Part shown: positions 1 to 9,316 of the stretch, in pieces
How positions within the stretch are numbered: position 1 is the stretch's first letter
Layout of the letters: every line of letters starts with the position of its first letter
Origin: an uncultured Candidatus Saccharibacteria bacterium
Lineage (GTDB): Bacteria; Patescibacteriota; Saccharimonadia; Saccharimonadales; Saccharimonadaceae
Length of the DNA: 64,000 nucleotides
Direction: 5' to 3'
NCBI GenBank assembly: GCA_948614045.1
Contig: CAPFSK010000002.1
Span: forward strand, 18,404 to 82,403
The notes under the pieces: model-generated
What the model was told of the DNA's origin: nothing
Database searches by the model: none
The model's input: only the letters and a program-made list of their open reading frames with translations
Program-made: the position numbers and the translations under genes

Positions 1-411
1 GCTCAGTACAACCCTGGCGCCGATGAGATTAGCGCATCTGACTTCGACGAAATCTCCGCCAGCGACATTGATATTCCGGAAGAGCTACACCTGTACGCTG
101 AGGTCTCGCAATTTGGTCATAAGATTCGTAGCATCTGGGCTTATGCTGACAGCGATGAATGGCAAAACAGCTTTGCTGTGACGCTAGGTTATCAGGAAGC
201 GACCGTGAGCGCCCCGAGCGAATATCGTGACATTACAGAATTATTTGAGATTTTGCCGGTTGAAGATATGTGGGGGAGGGTTACGATTGATGACGGGAGT
301 AGCGTGCAAATCTACGGTACGGATGACAGCACCTACGACTATTACGACGATTACGATTATGACTATGACGCTGAATGGTTGATAATGGATAACGAAATAG
401 AGGAAATATAA
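1..411 (+). CDS. 3' end of hypothetical acidic protein (open from window edge)
   Basis: Frame 1 is open from nt 1 to TAA at 409-411. D/Y/E-rich tail DDYDYDYDAEW. The stop overlaps the next ATG (TAATG). Confidence 0.5.
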   Translation, partial: AQYNPGADEISASDFDEISASDIDIPEELHLYAEVSQFGHKIRSIWAYADSDEWQNSFAVTLGYQEATVSAPSEYRDITELFEILPVEDMWGRVTIDDGSSVQIYGTDDSTYDYYDDYDYDYDAEWLIMDNEIEEI

Positions 412-1805
412 TGGGAGTTCTAAAGAATGTCAAAAAGGCTGCGGCTGGCAAAATGGCCAAGATGGCGCAGGGAATGGCGGGAGACAAAGAATCTGCCGCT
501 CCCAAGAATGAAAAACTTGACCAGCTAAACGAAATTTACCAAGAGCAGGAAGAGCAGCTTGGCAGCCCGGTCAAAGACGACGATACGATTCTCGCTCTCG
601 ACATTGGTACGGAATATGTCAAGGCGGTGATTGCAAGGCAGGACAAGAAGGGCGGTCTTGATGTAATCGGCATCGGTCGCGCTCATCAGGCCGCTAGTAA
701 TATGTATGCTGGTGCGATCGCCGACATTCCAGCAGTGGTTGGAGTCTGCGAGCGTGCGCTTAGTCAAGCCGAAAAAATGTCGGGCACGACCAGCAAGCTG
801 ACCGTCGTCGGGATTGCCGGTGAGCTCATTAAGGGCAACACGAGTACGGTCCGGTATCGACGCAAGAATGGTAACAAGCCGCTGTCCGAGCAAGAAATGT
901 CGCTGATTATTAAACGCGTCCAGGATCGGGCTGGCGAGATTGCGCGCAAGGAAATTGCCGACGAGACGAACAACCCGAATGTCGAAGTGCGATTGATTAA
1001 CTCTGCGATTGTTAGCATTGCGATTGACGGTTATAAGATTAGCAATCCGATTGGATTCAAGGGGACTGACGTCGTGATCCAGTTCTATACAGCCTTCGCT
1101 CCACTGGTACATATTTCCGCGATTGAAAAAGTCTGTGCGGAGTTAAGCCTGGACCTATTAGCAGTTGCAGTTGAGCCGTTTGCGGTTTGTCGGGCCTGTC
1201 TTGGTGATGATATAGATAGCGGATTTTCTGGTATTGTTATGGATATCGGTGGCGGCACGACTGACATCGCCGTCGTCGATGATGGTGGCGTTGAGGGAAC
1301 GAAGATGTTTGGTATTGGTGGTCGTAGCTTTACGCATCAGATTGCCGAGACCTTAGGGGTCGACTTCGACACGGCGGAGAAATACAAGCTCAGCATCAAG
1401 AACCCAGCCAAGGTTCCGGCTGATGTACGTGATAAGATGCTCATGGCGGTGCGGCGCAATCTCGCCGTTTGGCTTTCCGGCGTCGAAATTACCCTCGATG
1501 AGTTTAATTTGAATGATATGCTACCGAACAAGATCCTGCTCTGTGGGGGCGGCGCGGGTTTAAATGAGCTCCAAGAGGTTTTGGCGACCACTGACTGGTT
1601 CAAAGAACTACCATTCGCGCGCCGCCCCGTCGTCCACCTCGTCGAAAACGCCGACATTCCTGGTATCCACAACCAGACGAGCGCCACGCTTGACTATAGT
1701 TACGTCACGGCGCTTGGGCTACTGCGCGTGGCGCTCGACACCCTTGCCGGCACACCCGAAGATGACGGTATTCGATCGAAGCTGGCTCGGCTGCTGCAGA
1801 ACTAG
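411..1805 (+). CDS. ftsA: Actin-like cell-division ATPase FtsA
   Basis: 464 aa. Phosphate-binding motifs LALDIGTEYVKAV and VMDIGGGTTDIAVV with FtsA-like spacing. Has a ~60-aa K/E-rich N-terminal extension. Confidence 0.75.
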   Translation: MGVLKNVKKAAAGKMAKMAQGMAGDKESAAPKNEKLDQLNEIYQEQEEQLGSPVKDDDTILALDIGTEYVKAVIARQDKKGGLDVIGIGRAHQAASNMYAGAIADIPAVVGVCERALSQAEKMSGTTSKLTVVGIAGELIKGNTSTVRYRRKNGNKPLSEQEMSLIIKRVQDRAGEIARKEIADETNNPNVEVRLINSAIVSIAIDGYKISNPIGFKGTDVVIQFYTAFAPLVHISAIEKVCAELSLDLLAVAVEPFAVCRACLGDDIDSGFSGIVMDIGGGTTDIAVVDDGGVEGTKMFGIGGRSFTHQIAETLGVDFDTAEKYKLSIKNPAKVPADVRDKMLMAVRRNLAVWLSGVEITLDEFNLNDMLPNKILLCGGGAGLNELQEVLATTDWFKELPFARRPVVHLVENADIPGIHNQTSATLDYSYVTALGLLRVALDTLAGTPEDDGIRSKLARLLQN

Positions 1806-1819
1806 GCTTAAGTACCAGA

Positions 1820-1845
1820 AAAGGGACACCGAGTGTCCCTTTTTC
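1820..1845. terminator. Bidirectional intrinsic terminator between convergent genes
   Basis: GGGACAC-cga-GTGTCCC stem flanked by an A-run and TTTTT. Confidence 0.6.
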
Positions 1846-1846
1846 G

Positions 1847-2563
1847 CTATACAGCCTTTACTTCCGTATATCCACCTTCTTCTAATCCATCTAGCCGATA
1901 CGCTCCGAACTGCATGCGTTTCAACTCTACGACCGTATATCCTAACGCCCCAAACGTTCGTCGAATCTGCCGATTCCGCCCCTCATGCATCGTCACTTGC
2001 CACTTTTTTCGCGTCTCGTCCAGCTTCGCTAGCCCCAGCTTCGACACACCGTCTCCGATTTCAATCCCAAAATCCGCAATCTCTTGCTGATGTAGCGGCT
2101 CCAGCGCTCGGTCTAGCTCCACTTCATAAATCTTCGTTTTCGTAAACCGGGGATGTGTCATTCGAAACGCAAAATCACCATCATTCGTCAGCAATATCAA
2201 CCCTGACGAATCCTTATCTAATCTACCTACGGTCTTCAGCTCACGATACTCCTCCGGTAATAAATCATAAACCGTTGGCTCGCCACCCTGACTCTTTCGC
2301 GAACAAACTACCCCACGCGGCTTGTTCAATGCCACGTATAGATAAGCCGCCTCAGACGGCACCATCTTACCATTATAGCACACATTTGGATTTTTGTCAA
2401 TCCCAGAGCCCCCGTCATCCGTCCCGACCTCAATCCTCGCCCCCAACTCCGCCGTAGCACCATCTATCGTCACCTTTCCGGCTGCAATTGCATTATCCGC
2501 CTCGCGTCGCGAAATCCCCAGCCTTTCGGCTAAGAACTTATTTAGCCTGACTATTTCAGTCAT
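1847..2563 (-). CDS. Pseudouridine synthase, RsuA/RluB family (S4 domain + catalytic domain)
   Basis: S4-like RLNKFLAERLGISRREAD and catalytic GRLDKDSSGLILLTNDG. Confidence 0.85.
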   Translation of the reverse strand: MTEIVRLNKFLAERLGISRREADNAIAAGKVTIDGATAELGARIEVGTDDGGSGIDKNPNVCYNGKMVPSEAAYLYVALNKPRGVVCSRKSQGGEPTVYDLLPEEYRELKTVGRLDKDSSGLILLTNDGDFAFRMTHPRFTKTKIYEVELDRALEPLHQQEIADFGIEIGDGVSKLGLAKLDETRKKWQVTMHEGRNRQIRRTFGALGYTVVELKRMQFGAYRLDGLEEGGYTEVKAV

Positions 2564-2570
2564 GCTCCGC

Positions 2571-3170
2571 CTACTGCGCTCCGCCTAGTCCTGCCGTCAA
2601 ATCATTCGCCTCCGCCGTATCGGTCGTACTGCTCGTCGTATCCATACTCCCCAGTGGTGCTTCTGGCGCAGCAACACCTGGCGTAGCACTCACGACTGGT
2701 ATCTCTTGCGCTGCATCTACAATCGGCACGACTGGCGCAGCCTCTGTCGGCGCCGCTACCGAACCCTGACCACCAGCAGTCGTCATATCGCTAGCTCCAT
2801 CTCTATCACCCAGCACATCATGTACTGCATTCACTACGTCCTCGATTCCTACTTGCGACTTCACCAGATACCGATCCGCCCCCAAACTCTCGCCGCGTTC
2901 ACGCTGGTCTTCGCTCGATAGTGCCGTCATCATAATCACTTTAATATTTTGCGTCTCCGGCGTCGAACGCAAGATATCCAGCATGTCAAAACCCGAAATC
3001 TTCGGCATCATCACATCAGAAATAATCAAATCTGGGCGTTCCTTGACGGCGACCGCCAAGGCCTCCTCGCCATCCCCCGCCGAAACAATTGCGTACCCCT
3101 CAGCGGTCAAACGGATACTGTAAATCTCGCGAAGACTATTATCGTCTTCGACTAGCATAATCTTGGTCAT
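2571..3170 (-). CDS. Stand-alone response-regulator receiver with A/P/T/V-rich tail
   Basis: MLVEDD...DLIISDVMMPKISGFDML...KVIMMTA receiver motifs. No DNA-binding output domain. Its ATG overlaps the upstream kinase stop (ATGA). Confidence 0.85.
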   Translation of the reverse strand: MTKIMLVEDDNSLREIYSIRLTAEGYAIVSAGDGEEALAVAVKERPDLIISDVMMPKISGFDMLDILRSTPETQNIKVIMMTALSSEDQRERGESLGADRYLVKSQVGIEDVVNAVHDVLGDRDGASDMTTAGGQGSVAAPTEAAPVVPIVDAAQEIPVVSATPGVAAPEAPLGSMDTTSSTTDTAEANDLTAGLGGAQ

Positions 3171-4786
3171 GCGGCTCCTTTTTGGTTATTTAATTGATCG
3201 TTACGCGAAATTGTCAAATCATTTGGCCCGGTCACTGGCTGCACGGGCGCTTGTTGCACCGGCATCACCTGCGGCTGCACGGGCGCTTGTTGCACCGGCA
3301 TCACCTGCGGCTGCACTTGTTGTGCCTGAGGCACTACTTGCGTTTGCGCCTGCGCCGGCATCTGCACTACTGGCTGAGGCTGTTGCGGCACCACCGGCGC
3401 AGTCTGAACTTGCATTGTCTGCCCTGTTGCTTGTACCGCACTCGCAGCCGGCATCACCTGTGGTGCACTTGTCTGCTCCACGCTTTGCACTACCGTCGCC
3501 GTGCCTGCCTCTGCTCCTCGTAGCGGCACGCTCACGCTCGACGTCGTCACCTGCGGCTTCGCTCCGCTCTGCGTCTCGCTAAACGCCTGTACTGTCTGCT
3601 CATTTTGATACGCCAACAAGCGCTTCTGGTATTCGGCATTACTTAGCCTTGGTAGACTCACGAAGAACGTTGACCCATCCCCGAACGCACTCTCGACCCA
3701 CACTCGACCATCCATCGCTTCAACTCGCTGCTTGACTAGATATAACCCTAGACCTGTCCCGCCAATCTGCCGCGTCTGTGAATTGTCTACGCGATAAAAC
3801 TTCTGGAAAATATGCGCCGCATCATCTGGCGAAATCCCGATTCCATTATCAGTCACATTAATCAAGACCTTATCGCCATCGCCCCGCGCATTTACCCAAA
3901 TCTCGCCCCCCTCCGGCGTGTATTTAATTGCATTTTCAATCAGATTGTCCAAAATCTCTCTCAGCATCCCGAGGTCCACCGCTGCATAGACCAACTGCTC
4001 AATCTGTTTACCGTTTACTGGAGCATTCGTTCCGAAACTGTATTTCAGATGTTTTGCTGCCATGTCTTTCTCGCGCGCCCCCACCATTTCGCGCACTGTC
4101 GACACTATTTCGACTGGCACCAAGTGCAGTTTCAGCCTTCCATCATCCAACTTCGTCACATCCAACAAATCTTTGAACAAATGCCCGAGATGCTGACTCG
4201 CCTTGTGCGCAGCCTCTAGATATTGCTTTGCCCGGTCGTCAATCGTCGCCGTCTGCGGATTCAGTGCCAATCCGAGATACCCCTCAATCGAAGCCACCGG
4301 CGTCCGCATTTCATGGCTCGCCGTCGAAATAAACTCATTCTGGTCCTCTTCCTTCTCTAGCTCTTTCGTAATATCGCGAAAAGTAATGATCTTATTCGAT
4401 CGCGGTCCGCCCGTCGGAATCATCGTCAGCGAAATCGCCGCCTTACGTTCACTCTGTGCCGAAATCAAGACATACTCACGCGTATCAAACTGCTGGCCAG
4501 TCTGAATCGCCTGTGTTAACTTGCTGGTCTCCGGATTCACTGGCTGACCATCCGTCGTCTCAAACCTCAGCACAGCTTGATAACTCAGACCGATTACATT
4601 CGTCGGACTGCCATATCCCAACATTGTCGCTGCGGCCGGATTTGCGAATTTAATAATTCCTGCCTCGTCAATCAACATTACTCCATCATTGATTGCATTC
4701 AAAGTCAACGACGCAAGCGCCGAATAATTCGGAATTTCCGATGCCGACAGCGCCACCGGCTTCATTTTCTTCTTGAACAAACTCAT
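3167..4786 (-). CDS. PAS-domain sensor histidine kinase with ~140-aa Q/P/V-rich C-terminal tail
   Basis: H-box SHEMRTPVASIEGY, N-box LIENAIKYTP, and G-boxes DNGIGI and GGTGLGLYLV. Confidence 0.9.
   Translation of the reverse strand: MSLFKKKMKPVALSASEIPNYSALASLTLNAINDGVMLIDEAGIIKFANPAAATMLGYGSPTNVIGLSYQAVLRFETTDGQPVNPETSKLTQAIQTGQQFDTREYVLISAQSERKAAISLTMIPTGGPRSNKIITFRDITKELEKEEDQNEFISTASHEMRTPVASIEGYLGLALNPQTATIDDRAKQYLEAAHKASQHLGHLFKDLLDVTKLDDGRLKLHLVPVEIVSTVREMVGAREKDMAAKHLKYSFGTNAPVNGKQIEQLVYAAVDLGMLREILDNLIENAIKYTPEGGEIWVNARGDGDKVLINVTDNGIGISPDDAAHIFQKFYRVDNSQTRQIGGTGLGLYLVKQRVEAMDGRVWVESAFGDGSTFFVSLPRLSNAEYQKRLLAYQNEQTVQAFSETQSGAKPQVTTSSVSVPLRGAEAGTATVVQSVEQTSAPQVMPAASAVQATGQTMQVQTAPVVPQQPQPVVQMPAQAQTQVVPQAQQVQPQVMPVQQAPVQPQVMPVQQAPVQPVTGPNDLTISRNDQLNNQKGAA
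3237..3308. repeat. Perfect 36-bp tandem duplication (plus a partial third unit) inside the kinase tail
   Basis: GGCTGCACGGGCGCTTGTTGCACCGGCATCACCTGC x2. It encodes the repeated QVMPVQQAPVQP. Confidence 0.9.
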
Positions 4787-4829
4787 TATGTTTATTTTAG
4801 CACAACCTTTCCGAAATGTGCTATATTTA

Positions 4830-6575
4830 ATGTATATGAATAAGGAAGTTATTTATTTGGAGCCAGAAGATGATATCACCGACATCTTGACCAAGCTTCA
4901 ACAGGCGGAACAAAAACTAGTGGCTCTTGTGCCGCCCAAAAAAGCAACCATGCTACGCAGCGCGGTGAATATGAAGCTCGTCGCACGCACCGCGAAAGAG
5001 TGTGACAAGGTTGCAGTTATCGTGACGGCCGACCCAGCGATCGTGAAGATGGCGATGACCGCCCAGATTCCGATTGCGAAGACTCTGCAGTCTCGCCCGG
5101 TTGTCCCGACCAAGGAAGATATTGATAAAACCATGGCCGAGGAACAGGTAATTGACGAAGATTTGGCTGATGCAAGCGCTGCCGCTGAGCTTGATGAGCT
5201 AAAATCCGACAAAAATAGTGCTAAAACGCCCGGAAAGGACGCTAAGGGCGCTCCTGAGACGACTTCCAAAAAAGACGGTGAAATTATTAATCTTGACGAA
5301 GAGACCCTTGAAAACGGCTCTAAAGACGCTAAAAAGGGCAAAAATAAGGACAAAAAAGACAAAAACGGTAAAAAAGTCCCTAGTTTTGAAAAATATCGCA
5401 AATGGATCATCATTGGCTCTGTTGCCGCGGTTTTGCCGATTGCGGTCGGCGTTTGGGCTTTTGTCTTCGCTCCTGCTGCGAAGATTACCGTCGCTATGAG
5501 CACTTCCTCTGACAATTTTTCTGAAGAAGTGAAATTCACGACCGAAGAGAATGCCGAAAACCTTGATGAGGGTACTCTCTATGTCGAGAAACAGACCTTC
5601 GAGCAGCGCTATGATGCTGAGTTCACGGCTACAGGACAGGAAGACCGTGGGGAACACGCAAAGGGGAATCTCAAACTCTCATATACTTTTCAGCCCCAAT
5701 CACATAAGGACGGTTTTGGTATTGATATTCCAGCTAATACCGAATTTGTCGCTGGCAACGGTAAAGTCTATAAAGCTACGGCCGGGGCCTCAATTGCTTG
5801 GGATGGCACAATGCCAATTACTTGTTCAAATGGTACGGTAAACCGTCAAACTCAGAACTGTACACTTGTGGCCACAGTGCCGGTTGAAGCTGCTGGATCC
5901 GGGGAGAGTTTTAACCTCGCTAAGGGTGACGGTGACCCATGGAACGGATACCAGGGCGCGAGCGTCACTAATGAGGCTATCTCTGGCGGAACGACCAATA
6001 ATGTTACCGTCGTCTCCCTCCAGGATGTCCATAACGCCCGTGATCAGATTGCCGAGGAGCACGCCGAAGAAAATAAGACGAAATTCATGGACCAGTTGAA
6101 AAAGGATAAGGAATTCATCATTATTGAGCCAAGCTACGCTGCCGATATTAGTGACACGACCTCAAAGCCAGAAGTCGGCACCGAGGTTGGCGATGGCACG
6201 AAACCGACTGTCTCGGTGAAGATTAGCTATACCGTTTACACCGTGAAGAAGTCTCAACTTGAGCAGCTCATGGAAAAGAAAATGTCCGTTGGTGACGACC
6301 AGAAGATCTACTCTATTGGTGAGCCATATTTCGATCGCTTCACTAGTATCGAAGAGCCGGCCCGCCTGAAGACGACCGTCAAGATCGGTCCGACTGTCAC
6401 CGAAGAGACAATTATCGAGCGTACGAAGGGTAAGAAAATCGGTGAGGTTAACTCCCTCCTCCGCTCAATCAATGGCGTCAGTTCGGTCAATGTCTCCCCG
6501 TCTTATTTCTGGGTTCGCTCTGTTCCGAACGACCCTAGTCGCATCGAAGTCGACCTAACCGTGGAGGATAAATAA
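4830..6575 (+). CDS. Hypothetical single-pass membrane protein (N-terminal cytoplasmic domain, K-rich linker, large extracytoplasmic domain)
   Basis: Long ORF. The track start at 4773 would overlap the divergent kinase start, so an internal ATG at 4830/4836 is preferred. TM segment WIIIGSVAAVLPIAVGVWAFVFA. Confidence 0.7.
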   Translation: MYMNKEVIYLEPEDDITDILTKLQQAEQKLVALVPPKKATMLRSAVNMKLVARTAKECDKVAVIVTADPAIVKMAMTAQIPIAKTLQSRPVVPTKEDIDKTMAEEQVIDEDLADASAAAELDELKSDKNSAKTPGKDAKGAPETTSKKDGEIINLDEETLENGSKDAKKGKNKDKKDKNGKKVPSFEKYRKWIIIGSVAAVLPIAVGVWAFVFAPAAKITVAMSTSSDNFSEEVKFTTEENAENLDEGTLYVEKQTFEQRYDAEFTATGQEDRGEHAKGNLKLSYTFQPQSHKDGFGIDIPANTEFVAGNGKVYKATAGASIAWDGTMPITCSNGTVNRQTQNCTLVATVPVEAAGSGESFNLAKGDGDPWNGYQGASVTNEAISGGTTNNVTVVSLQDVHNARDQIAEEHAEENKTKFMDQLKKDKEFIIIEPSYAADISDTTSKPEVGTEVGDGTKPTVSVKISYTVYTVKKSQLEQLMEKKMSVGDDQKIYSIGEPYFDRFTSIEEPARLKTTVKIGPTVTEETIIERTKGKKIGEVNSLLRSINGVSSVNVSPSYFWVRSVPNDPSRIEVDLTVEDK

Positions 6576-8134
6576 TGAAGTTAATCGGTCTTGACGTCGG
6601 CACGAAGCGCATCGGCGTAGCCAAAGCGGATTCGGCGGTCCGCATCGCCGTACCGTATGCCGCCGTTGAGGTCGATGGTACCGAGCTCGACAAAATCGCC
6701 TCGCTTGCTCGAGCTTGGGACATCAATAGCTTCGTTGTTGGTCTGCCGCGTAATAGCCAAGGTCAAGAAACTGAACAAAGTCAATATTCGCGTCAGTTCG
6801 CCGCGGCTTTGAAGCAGGCGATTCCGGGGGCAAAAGTCTGCTTTCAGGATGAATCTTTGACTTCAGTTGAGGCTGAAAAGCGCCTCAAAGGCCGCAAAAA
6901 GGGCTACAAAAAAGGCGATATTGACTCCGAAGCCGCGACGATCATCTTGCAGGATTTCCTCGAAAAACACGCCGGTAAGCCGACTTCTAAGGCCGCCGCC
7001 GCGAAACATAAATCCGTCAAAGGCAAGAAACCTGGCAAATCGCACAAGCTGCTGACCGCTTTCATTGTCATGCTAGTTCTGCTTGGCGCTGCCGCTGGTG
7101 GGGCGTATTACTTCTATCAAGATAATCTTCAACCAGTTTTCACCGACGTTGACTGCAGTGACACTGAAGATGCGTCTTCTAGCGCTTGTAAACCGGTTAA
7201 ATTTGAAGTCAGTGAAGGTATGAGCGTGAATGATATTGCCATGAACCTCAAAAATGCTGGCTTAGTGCGCAATTCCATCGTTTTTCAGGTGTTTTATCGC
7301 CTCAATTACTCTGGTACGGCGCTTCGCCCTGGTGACTACGAATTTACCAAAACTATGCCCCCGAGCGAGATTATCGCCCAAATGATCGGTGGTGGCGATG
7401 CGGTATTTCGGCTCACTTTGCTCCCTGGGGCCACTGTAAGCGATTTTAGCGATACTTTAGTAAAACTAGGCTATGACCAAGGTGATATCGAAAAAGCCCT
7501 AGGAAAGCCTTATACGGGCTCGTACAGCTGGATTTTTGAGGGTAAACCTGATGATGCCGGTCTCGAGGGCTATTTGTACGGCGAAACCTATGAATTTTAC
7601 GCTGACGACACCGTAGAAACGATTATCGAGCAGATTTTGACTGAATTTGCCTCAGTTTTAGAGCAAAACGGCCTGAAAGAGAAATTCGCAGAGCGTGGGT
7701 TCAACCTCTATCAGGGGATTACGCTGGCGTCGGTAGTACAAAAAGAGGCGAATAATGCGATTGATTACGCCAAGGTTGCGCAAGTGTTCTATAACCGCTT
7801 AGGGCAAGATATGAACCTCGGTAGCGATGTGACAGTGAGTTATGCTTGGGACTTATTGCATCCGGACAGAGACGGTACAGAGGTGAGCAATGCCGAAAAA
7901 GTCGAACTGGATTCGCCGTATAATACCCGTAAAAACCCCGGATTACCGTATGGTCCGATCAGCAACCCCGGCATTGAAGCTCTGATTGCGACTGCTACCC
8001 CTGATAGCGAGATGGCAAACTACTTATTCTTCTTGACAGGAGACGACGGTATGATGTATTATAGTACTACAGATGAGGAGCACCAACGGAATATTTCTGA
8101 GCATTGCGCCGAACTCTGTAGCGTTGCCCTGTAG
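6575..8134 (+). CDS. Fusion protein: RuvX/YqgF-like nuclease + TM + MltG/YceG endolytic transglycosylase
   Basis: N-terminus is RuvX-like (LIGLDVGTKRIGVA...FVVGLPRN..G...DESLTS). TM segment FIVMLVLLGAAAGGAYYF. C-terminus is YceG-like (LASVVQKEA...VFYNRL...YNTRKNPGLPYGPISNPG). Confidence 0.85.
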   Translation: MKLIGLDVGTKRIGVAKADSAVRIAVPYAAVEVDGTELDKIASLARAWDINSFVVGLPRNSQGQETEQSQYSRQFAAALKQAIPGAKVCFQDESLTSVEAEKRLKGRKKGYKKGDIDSEAATIILQDFLEKHAGKPTSKAAAAKHKSVKGKKPGKSHKLLTAFIVMLVLLGAAAGGAYYFYQDNLQPVFTDVDCSDTEDASSSACKPVKFEVSEGMSVNDIAMNLKNAGLVRNSIVFQVFYRLNYSGTALRPGDYEFTKTMPPSEIIAQMIGGGDAVFRLTLLPGATVSDFSDTLVKLGYDQGDIEKALGKPYTGSYSWIFEGKPDDAGLEGYLYGETYEFYADDTVETIIEQILTEFASVLEQNGLKEKFAERGFNLYQGITLASVVQKEANNAIDYAKVAQVFYNRLGQDMNLGSDVTVSYAWDLLHPDRDGTEVSNAEKVELDSPYNTRKNPGLPYGPISNPGIEALIATATPDSEMANYLFFLTGDDGMMYYSTTDEEHQRNISEHCAELCSVAL

Positions 8135-8172
8135 GAGGTTGCTTCCGGGCAGTGTAGCGTTGTTTATTTGTT

Positions 8173-9315
8173 ATGAAGAAGAAACGTAAAGAACACAAAG
8201 TTAGGAGTTTTCTGGGTCAAGTTTTACCTTACCTAGCGGTGTTTTTGATGATTGTTGGGGTCGCGAAGGTCGGGATTGATACTAAGTCCGAGCTTGATAG
8301 CGGTGCACTGAGCTTGAACGCGATGGCGGCTAGCGATTACAATATCACTACCGATCAGCTTTCAACGCTTTATGCAGTCGCGAGCCTGTCGAATAGTTTC
8401 GACCTTTCCAGCGTTGACACAGTTGCGTCGAATTACGTTGTTGCTTCGGCGATGAAAGAGATTAGCCAGACTAGCGCCGATAAGCTGGAAAAACCAAGCT
8501 TAATCAACACCAACATTTCCCGCGGCGTCGAAACCTATACCGTGAAAGAAGGTGAGACGATGGCGTATATTGCCTTGAAATTCGGGCTTAGCACTGACCA
8601 GATTCGTTGGTCGAACGGTTTGAAGACGACCGATATCAATCCGGGCGATTTATTGCGTATTCCGTCAGTAGCGGGCATTGTTTATACTGCGAAAAACGGC
8701 GATACGCCGGAAAGCCTTGCGAGCCGCTACGGTTCGTCGGCTGAGCGGATTATCGCTTATAACGACCTTGAGGGCGGCAGTCTTGTCGAGGGGACGTTGA
8801 TTGTCTTGCCGGGCGGTAGCTTGCCAGAAACCGAACGTCCCGAGTATGTTGCGCCAAGCTATAGCTATGGCAGTAGTAATAATTACACCTATACCTATGC
8901 CGGTTCATCGGCCGGTCGTCAAAATATGTCGATTATCGCCACTGGCTTCTATGCTAACTCCCCGGGTAACGGTAGTTACGCCGGTCAGTGTACTTGGTAT
9001 GCTTATTATTGGCGAGCGACCGATCCGCGCTCGCAGGGCGCTTTACCGAGCGGTGCTTTGGGCCACGCATATTCTTGGGCTTATACATTGAGGGCTGCAG
9101 GGTACAGGGTCGACAATAACCCCGAAGTCGGTGCCGTCTTCCAGACATCCAGCGGCGGTAGTGGCTATGGTCACGTCGGCGTAGTATTGGCAGTGAATGG
9201 TGACGGTTCGGTCTTGGTTCGTGAGATGAACTTGGCTGGTACTTATGTTGTGACCGAGGGTACGATTCCAGCCAGCTCCGCACGCAGCTTTAACTATATT
9301 CACGAGAAATATTAA
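8173..9315 (+). CDS. Secreted peptidoglycan hydrolase, 2x LysM + CHAP domain
   Basis: N-terminal TM/signal. Two LysM repeats (YTVKEGETMAYIALKFG..., YTAKNGDTPESLASRYG...). CHAP motifs GQCTWYAYYW and GHVGVVLAV. Confidence 0.8.
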   Translation: MKKKRKEHKVRSFLGQVLPYLAVFLMIVGVAKVGIDTKSELDSGALSLNAMAASDYNITTDQLSTLYAVASLSNSFDLSSVDTVASNYVVASAMKEISQTSADKLEKPSLINTNISRGVETYTVKEGETMAYIALKFGLSTDQIRWSNGLKTTDINPGDLLRIPSVAGIVYTAKNGDTPESLASRYGSSAERIIAYNDLEGGSLVEGTLIVLPGGSLPETERPEYVAPSYSYGSSNNYTYTYAGSSAGRQNMSIIATGFYANSPGNGSYAGQCTWYAYYWRATDPRSQGALPSGALGHAYSWAYTLRAAGYRVDNNPEVGAVFQTSSGGSGYGHVGVVLAVNGDGSVLVREMNLAGTYVVTEGTIPASSARSFNYIHEKY

Positions 9316-9316
9316 A

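Noticed and set aside
525-1112. Long antisense ORFs inside well-supported genes (also 1564-2145, 4898-5539, 5199-5657, 9290-9694, 22276-22974, 38463-39047, 39273-39644, 44696-45106, 47838-48308 and others)
   Set aside because: They overlap conserved-domain CDSs on the opposite strand, have low-complexity or atypical composition, and have no SD or promoter.
3163-3582. 139-aa A/L/P-rich plus-strand ORF (and 3194-3523)
   Set aside because: It is the antisense shadow of the low-complexity Q/P/V tail of the histidine kinase. It has no start context.
4773-4829. N-terminal extensions suggested by the ORF track (also 22066, 23473, 32545, 36103, 36863, 51297, 51994, 53284, 56355, 57058, 58685, 58776 and 62433 starts)
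   Set aside because: The extensions overlap promoters, terminators or divergent genes and lack an SD. Internal ATGs with an SD or a leaderless -10 context were preferred. Exact starts remain unverified.
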